Shown here: positions 18,047-27,357 of the stretch, one piece after another
Position numbering within the stretch: the first letter of the stretch is position 1
Layout: every line of letters begins with the position of its first letter
Assembly: GCA_030648005.1 (NCBI GenBank)
Contig: JAUSIP010000016.1
Location: forward strand, 1,110-65,109
Source of the DNA: a bacterium
Lineage (GTDB): Bacteria > Patescibacteriota > Minisyncoccia > Phycocordibacterales > UBA12445
Length of the DNA stretch: 64,000 nt
Direction: 5' to 3'
Notes under the pieces: model-generated
What the model was told of the DNA's origin: nothing
The model's database searches: none
What the model saw: only the letters and a program-made list of their open reading frames with translations
Position numbers and translations under genes: made by a program

Positions 18047-20240
18047 CTTCTTTTTTCTCTTCGAGTTTGTGCGGGTTGTGGTTTGGGCAAGTCTTATCGC
18101 TACACCTCTCACTGATAGTCTTCGTACCCGCCATCATTAAATGTGTACAAAGACCGTTCTCTCTTGGATAACCGCAGATCTTGCCAGTTGGTTTCGCTTT
18201 TATAATATGTTTGCAATCCGGATAGTTTGAACATCCGTAGAAAATACCGAACCGGCCTTTCTTCTCCACCATCTGTCCTTTCTTGCAAATCGGACAGATA
18301 ACCCCCGTGCCATGTTGTGCTAACATCGCTGCCTCATCCTTCTTAATGAATTTACATTTCGGATAGTTATTGCAAGAGATGAACTTACCGAATCTGCCTT
18401 CTCTTTCTACCAACATTCCGTCTTTACACTTCTCGCACTTCTCTCCTGTCTCTTTTGGCCCGGCCAGTTCGTTGCCTTCCATCGTACGAGCGCCGGTACA
18501 CTCAGGGAATTTAATACAAGAGTAGAACTTACCTGTACGTCCGAGCTTGATGATCATCAAACCTGCGCAAGTCGGACAGTTCATCCCTTCCGGCGCGTCG
18601 CCCATATTTGTGACTTTTAGAGAATCGTCTTTAGACTTAACCTCCTTCTGGAATGGTCCGTAGAAATCTTTCAAAGTTTTTGTATAATCCTTCTTGCCCT
18701 CAGCGATCTCATCCAGGTTCTCTTCCATCTCTGCGGTGAAGGTGTCGCTGATGATGTTACCGAAGTTGTTTTCTAAGAAGGTGCTGACGACATCTCCGGT
18801 GTCTGTTGGTTTTAAAGTTTTATTCTCTTTATCGACATAACCTCTGGCCTGGATAGTTGCAAGAATAGAAGCGAATGTACTCGGCCTTCCGATGCCTCTC
18901 TTCTCCAACTCTTTAATTAAGCCCGCTTCGCTATATCTGTTTGGTGGTTCAGTCTGTTTCTCTTGTGATGTCGTCTGAATTAGATCGAGTTTCTCGCCGA
19001 CAGCAACCTTCGGCAGTTCTACCTCTTCGCCTCGTGCGCCCGGATCAGCCAAGAGCCAGCCAGGGAAGAGGGTTCGTGAGCCGTTGACGTGGAAGTCGGG
19101 GATGGATTTGCTCTCAATATTTGAGATAATCTTGGTCTTCAATATCTCAGCGTCCTTCATCTGGCTTGCAACTGTCCTCTGCCAGATAAGTTTATATAAT
19201 TTATTTTCTTCTTCATTCTTGCCGGCATTGTCTCTTAAACTATTAGTTGGCCTGATCGCTTCATGCGCTTCTTGCGCGTTCTTGACTCGGCTCTTATATT
19301 GGCGAGATACATATAGTTCTGCGCCATAGATCTTCGTGATAGCACTTTTAATATTCTCCACTGCTTCAGCACCAAGGTTGGTACTATCAGTTCTCATATA
19401 AGATATGTGGCCCTCTTCATAAAGCTTCTGTGCGATTTTCATAGTTCGACTAGGGGAGAAACCGAAGCGAGAGCTGGCGCTCTGTTGAAGGGTTGATGTG
19501 GTGAAGGGCGCTCTCGGGTGCCGCATCCCTTTCTCCTCTTTTATTTCTGTAACTATCCACTGCTCCTTGTTGCCCTTAGTAAGAATTTTGTCCGCCTCTT
19601 CTTTAGTCTCCGGTTCCACCTCACAGGTTGAAGTTATTAGATCTTTACTTTTAGTTTTTGTATCGGCAGTTATTACAAAAAATGTCTTTGGTATAAAAGC
19701 CCGAATCTCACGTTCGCGTTCCATTATTATACGAAGGGCTGGGGACTGTACTCGGCCAGCAGAAAGACCATAACGCACCTTCTTCCAGATCAGTCCTGAT
19801 AAATCATAACCGACAAGTCTGTCTAATATTCTCCTGGCTTCTTGTGCTTTTCTTAGATCTTGGTCAATCTCGCGCGGATGCTGTATCGCCTCCTTCACCG
19901 CCTTCTCGGTGATCTCGTGGAAGACGACGCGCTTCGGATGCTTAAGGTCGCAGGCCTGCTCAATGTGCCAGGCTATAGCCTCACCCTCTCGATCAGGGTC
20001 TGTGGCAAGCAGAACTTCTTCCGCTTTCTTGGCTAACTGCTTGATTTCTGCCACAACATGTTCTTTACCTTTGGAAATTTCGTAATGGGGAATAAAGCCG
20101 CCGGGAATGTCGACTGCTTTCTTGTTGCTCTTCGGGAGATCTCGTATATGCCCGATACTTGCAACCACCTTGTATTTACCATCCAAGTACTTCGAAATAG
20201 TTTTTGCTTTGGCTGGTGACTCAACAATTAATAATTTCAT
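18024..20240 (-). CDS. topA: DNA topoisomerase I with C-terminal zinc-ribbon repeats
   Basis: MKLLIVESPAKAKTI...GHIRDL Toprim; catalytic-Tyr region; several C4 ribbons at the C-terminus. Confidence 0.9.
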   Translation of the reverse strand: MKLLIVESPAKAKTISKYLDGKYKVVASIGHIRDLPKSNKKAVDIPGGFIPHYEISKGKEHVVAEIKQLAKKAEEVLLATDPDREGEAIAWHIEQACDLKHPKRVVFHEITEKAVKEAIQHPREIDQDLRKAQEARRILDRLVGYDLSGLIWKKVRYGLSAGRVQSPALRIIMEREREIRAFIPKTFFVITADTKTKSKDLITSTCEVEPETKEEADKILTKGNKEQWIVTEIKEEKGMRHPRAPFTTSTLQQSASSRFGFSPSRTMKIAQKLYEEGHISYMRTDSTNLGAEAVENIKSAITKIYGAELYVSRQYKSRVKNAQEAHEAIRPTNSLRDNAGKNEEENKLYKLIWQRTVASQMKDAEILKTKIISNIESKSIPDFHVNGSRTLFPGWLLADPGARGEEVELPKVAVGEKLDLIQTTSQEKQTEPPNRYSEAGLIKELEKRGIGRPSTFASILATIQARGYVDKENKTLKPTDTGDVVSTFLENNFGNIISDTFTAEMEENLDEIAEGKKDYTKTLKDFYGPFQKEVKSKDDSLKVTNMGDAPEGMNCPTCAGLMIIKLGRTGKFYSCIKFPECTGARTMEGNELAGPKETGEKCEKCKDGMLVEREGRFGKFISCNNYPKCKFIKKDEAAMLAQHGTGVICPICKKGQMVEKKGRFGIFYGCSNYPDCKHIIKAKPTGKICGYPRENGLCTHLMMAGTKTISERCSDKTCPNHNPHKLEEKKEDGKGTKK

Positions 20241-20297
20241 TATCTATCCATAGTAGCCACCTTTCGCAATCCGTGTCAAATAATAGCGGAGAGGATA

Positions 20298-21164
20298 TTA
20301 TAATTCCCTCTGAATTTTTCCTCCAAGTTCTTTAATCAGCCCCTTGATCTCCATCATTGAAAGCACGACATTTATCTCACTTGTTTTAATTTCAGATTCT
20401 CTAATCAAGTCATCACGTGTCATGGCTTCTACAGAGAGTAGTTTCATTACTTTAATTTCATTTTCGGAAAGAGTTGTTAAGTCTAATTCTTGTTGGCCAT
20501 CTTTCCTTGCAAGCGAGAGCGCTTCAAGTAGATCATCGCTGGAGCTGATCGGCGTGGCACCCTGTTTGATCAGTCTGTTTGTACCGTTCGAGTTTAAAGA
20601 GAAGATAGAGCCGGGAACTGCAAACAAGTCTTTATTGTATTCAGTTGCGAGTCTGGCAGTGATAAGCGTACCGGATTTATTTTGAGCTTCTATGACCAAG
20701 ATGGCCCGTGACATACCCGCCATGATCCTATTGCGAGCTGGAAAGGTGTGCGTGCCGGCAGGCATTAGTGGAGGCAGCTCAGAGAGCAGTGCACCGCCGG
20801 AGCGGACTATCTCGTCGGCCAAGTCTTTATTGGAGTGTGGATGCAGAACTTTCCTGTCCAAACCAGAACCGGGCACGCCTATCGTTGTGATGCCAGCCTG
20901 GAGTGCTGCTTTGTGAGCTATTGAGTCTATGCCGAGCGCCAAGCCGGATACAATCACAACTTTCTCGCCCCGCAAGCCTGCGATAATCTTCTCGCACGCC
21001 TCCTTGCCGTAGGTTGAAAACTTTCTTGAGCCAACTACTGTCAAAAAGATAAACTCCTCATCCGGCAGTACTCCTTCTAAATATAACTCTTTCGGCGGTT
21101 GAGGAATCTCAAAGAGTGATGCCGGAAATTCTTCTTTATTTAGTTTTCTAATCTGACCCTGCAT
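20298..21164 (-). CDS. dprA: DNA processing protein DprA/Smf
   Basis: VVGSRKFSTYG...VSGLALGIDSIAHKAAL...TIGVPGSGLD Rossmann-like DprA core. Confidence 0.8.
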   Translation of the reverse strand: MQGQIRKLNKEEFPASLFEIPQPPKELYLEGVLPDEEFIFLTVVGSRKFSTYGKEACEKIIAGLRGEKVVIVSGLALGIDSIAHKAALQAGITTIGVPGSGLDRKVLHPHSNKDLADEIVRSGGALLSELPPLMPAGTHTFPARNRIMAGMSRAILVIEAQNKSGTLITARLATEYNKDLFAVPGSIFSLNSNGTNRLIKQGATPISSSDDLLEALSLARKDGQQELDLTTLSENEIKVMKLLSVEAMTRDDLIRESEIKTSEINVVLSMMEIKGLIKELGGKIQREL

Positions 21165-21242
21165 TCCCGCTATCCTAGCATACCAAGATCAAATGAGTAA
21201 TTTTAATGTTTTATACGATAGTCACGGTCGTACTGATGATAT

Positions 21243-21288
21243 AACCTTGCTTAATCACGACGGCCGTATGAATTAAGCAAGGTTTTGC
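21243..21288 (+). promoter_or_regulatory. 13-bp stem hairpin plus U-tract in the serS 5' region (candidate attenuator/terminator)
   Basis: aaccttgcttaat-cacgacggccgtatga-attaagcaaggtt-ttgc; an upstream segment tcacggtcgtac could pair alternatively with the loop. Confidence 0.35.
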
Positions 21289-21319
21289 ATAGAAAAGATT
21301 TGTCTGCTAAGATTATTTT

Positions 21320-22585
21320 ATGTTAGATATCAAATTCATCCGGGAGAATTCAGACCTGATCAAGGAGGCAGCGAGGAAGAAGCATGTTGATTTCGACGTG
21401 GCTAAACTGCTGGAGGTGGATAAGGAGAGGCTGGCTTTGATGACCGAGATAGAAGGGATGCGCGCTAAGCAGAACCATGCCAGTCAGGAGATCATGAAGG
21501 CATCGGCTGACGCCAAAATATCGATATTGCATGATATGAAGACGCTGAAGGAGGAGATGCAGGTCAAGGAAGATGCGTTAGTGGCAGTGATGAAGAGTTG
21601 GCGCGAGATGATGCTTGCCGTGCCGAATATTCCGGACATGTCTGTACCAGAAGGAGCTTCAGATGCCGAGAATCAGGAGGTCAGGGTTTGGGGCGATATC
21701 CCCAAGTTTGATTTTAAGCCTAAGGATCATATTGAGTTAATGCAGAATCTTGGGATGCTTGATCTTGAAAGGGGCACTAAAGTCTCCGGTTTTCGCGGAT
21801 ATTTTTTAAAGGGCGATGGCGCTAAACTCCAGTTTGCTCTCTGGCGTTTTACTCAAGATTTTTTTGCACAAAAAGATGGGTTTGTGCCAATGATTGTACC
21901 TGCACTTTTAAAACCGGAAATATTTTTAGGAACAGGTTATCTTCCGCAGGGTGAAGAAGATTTATATAAAACACAAGACGGCGACTACCTTGCTGGAACT
22001 GCGGAGGTGGCTACGATGGGATACTATATGAACGATATTATAGAGAAGAAAGATTTGCCTCTAAAAATGCTCTCTTTTTCTTCTGCATTTCGAAGAGAGG
22101 CTGGGAGTCACGGCAAGGATACTCGGGGCATCTTGCGTGTACACGAATTTTATAAGTTTGAACAGGTGGTGCTCTGCGAGGCATCGCATGCGGAGTCAAT
22201 GAAGCACCACGAAGAGATAGAGAGGAATACTGAAGAGCTGACCGAAGCACTGGGTTTGCCTTATCATGTAGTGGCTAATTGTGGAGGTGATCTTGGTCTC
22301 GGACAGGTCAAGAAGTATGATATCGAAGTTTGGCTTCCATCTGAAGGTCGGTATCGAGAGACAGGCTCTGCATCTTATTTTCACGACTTTCAGACACGAA
22401 GGCTGAATATTCGTTATAAAGATGATGATGGCAAGCTTAAGTTCGTACATTCACTCAACAACACTGCCCTTTCTGGACGTCCCCTTATTGCGATAGTCGA
22501 GAACTATCAGAACGTCGATGGTTCCATAACTGTGCCGGAAGTTTTGAGGAAATATATGGGGAAGGATCTTATTTCAAAAATTTAG
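21320..22585 (+). CDS. serS: Seryl-tRNA synthetase
   Basis: N-terminal coiled-coil arm and class II core (FRREAGSHGKDTRGILRVHEF; GSASYFHDFQ). Confidence 0.9.
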   Translation: MLDIKFIRENSDLIKEAARKKHVDFDVAKLLEVDKERLALMTEIEGMRAKQNHASQEIMKASADAKISILHDMKTLKEEMQVKEDALVAVMKSWREMMLAVPNIPDMSVPEGASDAENQEVRVWGDIPKFDFKPKDHIELMQNLGMLDLERGTKVSGFRGYFLKGDGAKLQFALWRFTQDFFAQKDGFVPMIVPALLKPEIFLGTGYLPQGEEDLYKTQDGDYLAGTAEVATMGYYMNDIIEKKDLPLKMLSFSSAFRREAGSHGKDTRGILRVHEFYKFEQVVLCEASHAESMKHHEEIERNTEELTEALGLPYHVVANCGGDLGLGQVKKYDIEVWLPSEGRYRETGSASYFHDFQTRRLNIRYKDDDGKLKFVHSLNNTALSGRPLIAIVENYQNVDGSITVPEVLRKYMGKDLISKI

Positions 22586-22600
22586 TTTAAAATATAAAAA

Positions 22601-23461
22601 GTGGAGGTTAATCGTGAGGTTTTAAAATCTTCAGGGAGGATTAAGAGGAAGAAGGCGCTACAGGTTCTTTTTTGCGTTGCCTTTTTTCTGGCTGTAGCAT
22701 TTGTTGTATCTAATGGTGTTTTTCATCTGGATAAATTATATATAAAGAAAGTTTATATTGATGGTAACAAACAGGTGGAAGATAGCCGGATATTTGCCGT
22801 TGCCAAAGATATTTTATCTGGCAGATATTACGGAGTCTATCCGAAGAGTAATATCCTGATATATCCCAAAGAGCAGATAGCAGAGGTCTTACTCCGCAAT
22901 ATTCCCTGGCTGGCGAGTGTTGTGGTGTCCGGCAGTGCAAATGTAATCTCTATCGAGGTTATGGAGAGAGAGCCGAAATATTTATGGTGCGATGATCTTG
23001 CCAAGTCGGCCGTAGATCGCATTTGTTATTATCTGGATAAAGATGGGTTTGTTTTTGATAAGGCGCCCAACTTCACCGGGCATATCTACCCTGAATTTTA
23101 TGGAGGGAATAAAAGGGGTGGATACGTAGGCAGGTCTATTCTGCCAATCGAGACTTTACGTGAGATTTTGTCAATAAAAGATTCTATCGATAAGACATTG
23201 CAAGACAAGGGAGGTATTCTAGGTTATGTATATGGAGTTTACATTTATGAGAACGGCGATTATGATCTGTTACTTTCTGGTGGTAGAAAAGATTGGAAAA
23301 TTAATTTTGATCTTAATACCGATCCAGTAAAGAAGTTCCAGGTGGTTGTGGAGTCTAAGTTTTTCAAAAAAGAGCTTGATAATTCCACTAACCAGCTTGA
23401 TTATATCGATCTTAGATTTGGCAAAAAAGTTTTTTATAAATTCAACAAAGCGGGGGAATGA
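22601..23461 (+). CDS. FtsQ/DivIB-like cell-division protein (TM + POTRA)
   Basis: TM helix then IKKVYIDGNKQVEDSRIFAVAKD...IEVMEREPKYLW resembling the FtsQ POTRA region. Confidence 0.45.
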   Translation: MEVNREVLKSSGRIKRKKALQVLFCVAFFLAVAFVVSNGVFHLDKLYIKKVYIDGNKQVEDSRIFAVAKDILSGRYYGVYPKSNILIYPKEQIAEVLLRNIPWLASVVVSGSANVISIEVMEREPKYLWCDDLAKSAVDRICYYLDKDGFVFDKAPNFTGHIYPEFYGGNKRGGYVGRSILPIETLREILSIKDSIDKTLQDKGGILGYVYGVYIYENGDYDLLLSGGRKDWKINFDLNTDPVKKFQVVVESKFFKKELDNSTNQLDYIDLRFGKKVFYKFNKAGE

Positions 23462-25251
23462 GGCGCTATAAAATGTCAGATTATCTTCTTAGTTTAGCGG
23501 CTGTTCTTACTGTCGGAGCGTTCTTTGGCTTCATCTTGTTTAAAACTGGCTCGTTCACGATAGATATTGTTAGCTCAAAATTAAATCCGCTTCCAGCTTT
23601 AATTCCAACAGAAGAATCTGTTGTTGCAGAACATAAGAAATTTCCTGTTTTATCCCGCAAGGTCATCGTAGATAAGGATCTTCTAAACTACAAGTTGACG
23701 CTGAAGGCCAAAGCTTTCGTTGTTAAAGATCTTGATACTGGTGAAGGCGTACTACAACAGAATGGCGATACTAAATTTCCGATTGCCTCTGTTACCAAGC
23801 TAGTTACGGCTATGGTCGCCCTGGATAATATTCCACCAGAGGAGATCGTTAAGGTCTCGAAGTCGGCAATTAACACCTACGGTCGCCAGGGTGGTTTGTC
23901 TACAGGGGAGAAGTTTAGGGTGGTAGACCTCATCAACTGCCTTCTGCTTGAATCGAGCAACGATGCTGCCGAAGCGCTAGCGGAACATTTTGGCCGAGCC
24001 GAATTTCTCGCCCTTATGAACAAGAAAGTTGCTTCTTTGGGGATGAAAGATACAAGTTACAAGGATCCGAGTGGACTCTCGAGTTCTAATGTCTCAACAT
24101 CGGAGGATCTCTCTAGGCTTATTACTCACATAGAGCATAACCGATCTGATATTCTGGCAATAACCAAGAAGAAGTCGTATGAGGTTCCGGCAAGTAAGCT
24201 GTCTAAGAAACATGTCTGGTACAACATCAATCGATTGGTTAGAAACAATGATTCATATTATTTGGGAGGTAAGGATGGTTTTACTGGAGAGGCGTTAATG
24301 ACTTTCACCGGCGCCTTCTCTATACCCATAAACGAGTTTGATCATAAAAGATTTTCCATAGCAATCCTCCGAAGTAGCGACCGCAACAGTGACGTCGCTA
24401 AGATCATAGACCGTGTTAGCAAATCGCTTAAGTACGAAAATGGGTTGTCCGCTGTTGCTGCTGTTAATAAAAATAATAAAACCAAGATCGAACCTGATAA
24501 GAATTTGGCGCTCTTGTTTGCTGGCGATATCCGAATAGGCCAACTAGATCCGCCGCCTTTCGAATCAGTTCCATTCCTGAAAGATGCGGACATAACGTTC
24601 GGAAGCATAAAAGGCCCGATATCAGACTTGGGTTATGATATTGGCAACAAAGATTCTGTTCGTATGGCACCGGAAGTCATTCCAGCATTAGTTGAAGCAG
24701 GCTTCGATGCACTGTCAGTGGCGGGCGGACATATTGGCGATTGGGGAATCACTGCACTAGAAGACACACTAAAAAGACTGCGGACGCATGGGATCGTCTA
24801 TGTGGGTGGAGGTTTTAATGTAAATGACGCAAGGACGGTTAAAATAATAGAGAAGAATGGTATTAAGATTGGGTTTCTTGGGTTCTCCGATATGGGCCCG
24901 GAGTGGCTTGAAGATAAGAAAGATCTACCAACGATACTTTCGGCTAGCGATGCCGAGATTAAAGAGGTCATCAGTGATGCAGCACAGCAAGTCGACCATT
25001 TAATCGTATCGTTTGATTTTGGAAAGCAGGACAAGAGTGAGTCGTCTGAACGTCAACGTTTTCTGGCTCATAGGGCGGTAGATTTGGGAGCTCGCATTGT
25101 AATCGGCCACGATACACACCTCGTGCAAGATGTTGAGAGGTATAATGATGGCATGATTGCGTATGGACTTGGGGATCTGACATCAGGAAATTTCTTAGGA
25201 GTGATCTTAGATAAGAAGATGATTTTGGAAGTTAGGGAAGATGGGGTATAA
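23458..25251 (+). CDS. Fusion: D-alanyl-D-alanine carboxypeptidase (S11/PBP5-like) plus CapA/PGA-type metallophosphatase domain
   Basis: N-half: ASVTK (SxxK), SSND (SxN), KDGFTG (KTG variant). C-half: LLFAGDIRIGQLD, GHIGDWG, GARIVIGHDTHLVQ...YGLGDL typical of CapA. Confidence 0.65.
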   Translation: MRRYKMSDYLLSLAAVLTVGAFFGFILFKTGSFTIDIVSSKLNPLPALIPTEESVVAEHKKFPVLSRKVIVDKDLLNYKLTLKAKAFVVKDLDTGEGVLQQNGDTKFPIASVTKLVTAMVALDNIPPEEIVKVSKSAINTYGRQGGLSTGEKFRVVDLINCLLLESSNDAAEALAEHFGRAEFLALMNKKVASLGMKDTSYKDPSGLSSSNVSTSEDLSRLITHIEHNRSDILAITKKKSYEVPASKLSKKHVWYNINRLVRNNDSYYLGGKDGFTGEALMTFTGAFSIPINEFDHKRFSIAILRSSDRNSDVAKIIDRVSKSLKYENGLSAVAAVNKNNKTKIEPDKNLALLFAGDIRIGQLDPPPFESVPFLKDADITFGSIKGPISDLGYDIGNKDSVRMAPEVIPALVEAGFDALSVAGGHIGDWGITALEDTLKRLRTHGIVYVGGGFNVNDARTVKIIEKNGIKIGFLGFSDMGPEWLEDKKDLPTILSASDAEIKEVISDAAQQVDHLIVSFDFGKQDKSESSERQRFLAHRAVDLGARIVIGHDTHLVQDVERYNDGMIAYGLGDLTSGNFLGVILDKKMILEVREDGV

Positions 25252-25256
25252 TTATA

Positions 25257-25664
25257 TTGATGTTTTTACTTCAACTATTTTTTGATTATTGGCGGTGGCA
25301 TTACGGGACAGCCATAGCGAATATATTATCTATATGGAGTGATTTCTTCTGGTTTCTTAGAAGTTACTTCTCGACCGGAAGGTTCGCTGGAACTTTCTTC
25401 GTGCCGTGGAGGAATATTCATGAAGACTCCGCCGGCATCTCTGAATTTTTTAAATTGATCTCATCTGTCGTCACAGCTTTTTCTATGCGTATTATAGGAA
25501 CGACCATCAGGCTGATCATAATGGTTCTCGGCCTCGTCTCAAAAATCCTTCTGGCTACCTTAGGGGTCTTGTTTCTGATCCTCTGGATCGTTATGCCTGT
25601 GGCTCTGGCTATAACCTTTGCCGTCGGAGTAAATCTTTTAATTAAAGATCTACCAATCTTATGA
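25257..25664 (+). CDS. Hypothetical integral membrane protein
   Basis: Hydrophobic 135-aa ORF; the stop overlaps the next start (ATGA). Confidence 0.4.
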   Translation: MMFLLQLFFDYWRWHYGTAIANILSIWSDFFWFLRSYFSTGRFAGTFFVPWRNIHEDSAGISEFFKLISSVVTAFSMRIIGTTIRLIIMVLGLVSKILLATLGVLFLILWIVMPVALAITFAVGVNLLIKDLPIL

Positions 25665-26326
25665 AACTATCAGAATTTAAAAAGCGAGACATAACCTTCT
25701 ACCCCGTACTTTTCCTTGAGCGCTTTTACCCCGAACAAGCTCGTCACTCGGTACTGTCGTTGTCTCAATATCTCTTCTATCTTTTTCTTATCGGTCTGTA
25801 CATGCTCCAGTACGGCAACAACTTCCCGTATCTTATAAATCTTTTAGGCCTGGCTATCATCTTCCTAACTTTCGGAGTGGCGACGCTCATGCTTGAAGCC
25901 TTCTTTCTTTCCTACTACTATTCCGGTCTAACTGCCGAAGAGCTAGATGCCGGCAGAATAATCTATCAGGTTAAGAATGGAGATCTTGTAAGTGCTATGC
26001 TTTCCTTGCCAATCGGGCAGAAATTGCAAAAGAAGCTCGGCCTCCGCTCCTTAGTAACCGACAACCTCCTGACTCACCGACAGATGGCAGTAGAGTATGA
26101 GAAATTTGAATTACCCAATCTAGGTACCGATAGATTCTTCACTACCACGGAACTGGTCTTGGGTATGTATCGCCAAGATCAGGGATTCGCAAGACTCCTG
26201 TCTGATAACGGCATCGGCGAACACGATCTGATGACTGCGATCAACTCAATAATAAAAGAGAGCGAAGAATTAGCCGCCAAAGAGCGCTGGTGGTCGCGGG
26301 AAAATCTGCAGGGCTATGTCCATTGA
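25661..26326 (+). CDS. Hypothetical membrane protein (N-terminal TM helices plus soluble C-domain)
   Basis: 221-aa ORF, translationally coupled to the previous one. Confidence 0.4.
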   Translation: MKLSEFKKRDITFYPVLFLERFYPEQARHSVLSLSQYLFYLFLIGLYMLQYGNNFPYLINLLGLAIIFLTFGVATLMLEAFFLSYYYSGLTAEELDAGRIIYQVKNGDLVSAMLSLPIGQKLQKKLGLRSLVTDNLLTHRQMAVEYEKFELPNLGTDRFFTTTELVLGMYRQDQGFARLLSDNGIGEHDLMTAINSIIKESEELAAKERWWSRENLQGYVH

Positions 26327-27296
26327 CAAATACCTCATGATGGGTAATGGATTTTGGGATAGTTTAAAGAGGCCTATAATGGCTTTGGCGCCGATGGCGG
26401 ATGTTACTGATGCGGCCTTCAGGCGTGTGATCGCGAAGTACGGCAAGCCGGACTTAATGTACACAGAGTTTGTAGCCATAGATGGTCTTCTTTCTGACGG
26501 ATACGATAAACTATCCAAAGATCTTATTTATACAGATATAGAGCGGCCTATTGTGGCGCAGATCTTCGGCACCAAGCCGGAGAACTTTGAGAAGGTAGCA
26601 CGAATGGTGGCGGACATGGGCTTCGATGGAGTGGATATTAATATGGGTTGTCCTCATCATGCACTTGTGAAGAGCGGTACCTGTGGAGGGCTGATCGGAG
26701 ATATCCCGCACGCGAAGGAGATAGTTGAAGCTACAAAGCAAGGCGCGCAGTCTGGTCCGAATAAAATTCCGGTATCACTCAAAACTCGCATCGGCAGAAA
26801 TAAGATAATTACAGAAGAGTGGATCGGCGGACTGCTTGAAGCTCATCCGGCAGCGATCGCTATCCACGGCCGGACAGTTAAGGAGATGTCGAAGGTGCCG
26901 GCACATTGGGATGAGATAGCGAAAGCGGCGAAGCTTTGCCGTGATGCTGGTGTAGTCTCACTTGGCAACGGCGACATTAAAGATTTGCGTGACGCCCGTG
27001 AGAAGGTCAGTGAAAGCGGAACGGATGGCGCTATGCTTGGACGTGCCATCTTTGGCAACCCATGGCTTTTTTCTGAATATATACCGACGCTACAAGAAAG
27101 ACTTAGTGTGATGCTTCTGCATGCGCAAATATATGACGAACTATTTACCGGCATCAAACCATTTGCTTTAATGCGTAAGCACTTCGGTTCTTATGTCGGC
27201 GGATTTAATGGAGCCAAAGAACTTCGGACAAAACTGATGGAGGCGGAGAATTCGAAAGAGGTGGAAGAGATGATCAAACCGTATTTGGAGAATTGA
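26316..27296 (+). CDS. dus: tRNA-dihydrouridine synthase
   Basis: MALAPMADVTDAAFRRV...NMGCP...catalytic region; TIM-barrel Dus family. Confidence 0.85.
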   Translation: MSIDKYLMMGNGFWDSLKRPIMALAPMADVTDAAFRRVIAKYGKPDLMYTEFVAIDGLLSDGYDKLSKDLIYTDIERPIVAQIFGTKPENFEKVARMVADMGFDGVDINMGCPHHALVKSGTCGGLIGDIPHAKEIVEATKQGAQSGPNKIPVSLKTRIGRNKIITEEWIGGLLEAHPAAIAIHGRTVKEMSKVPAHWDEIAKAAKLCRDAGVVSLGNGDIKDLRDAREKVSESGTDGAMLGRAIFGNPWLFSEYIPTLQERLSVMLLHAQIYDELFTGIKPFALMRKHFGSYVGGFNGAKELRTKLMEAENSKEVEEMIKPYLEN

Positions 27297-27357
27297 TAAC
27301 TTTGACCGGAGTAAATTTTTTTGTAATACTATACAGTAACCTTTGGGTTATTAAAAT

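Noticed and set aside
21200-21320. T-box riboswitch upstream of serS
   Set aside because: The hairpin plus U-tract is present but the T-box consensus (AGGGTGGNACCGCG) and a specifier-loop architecture are not found.
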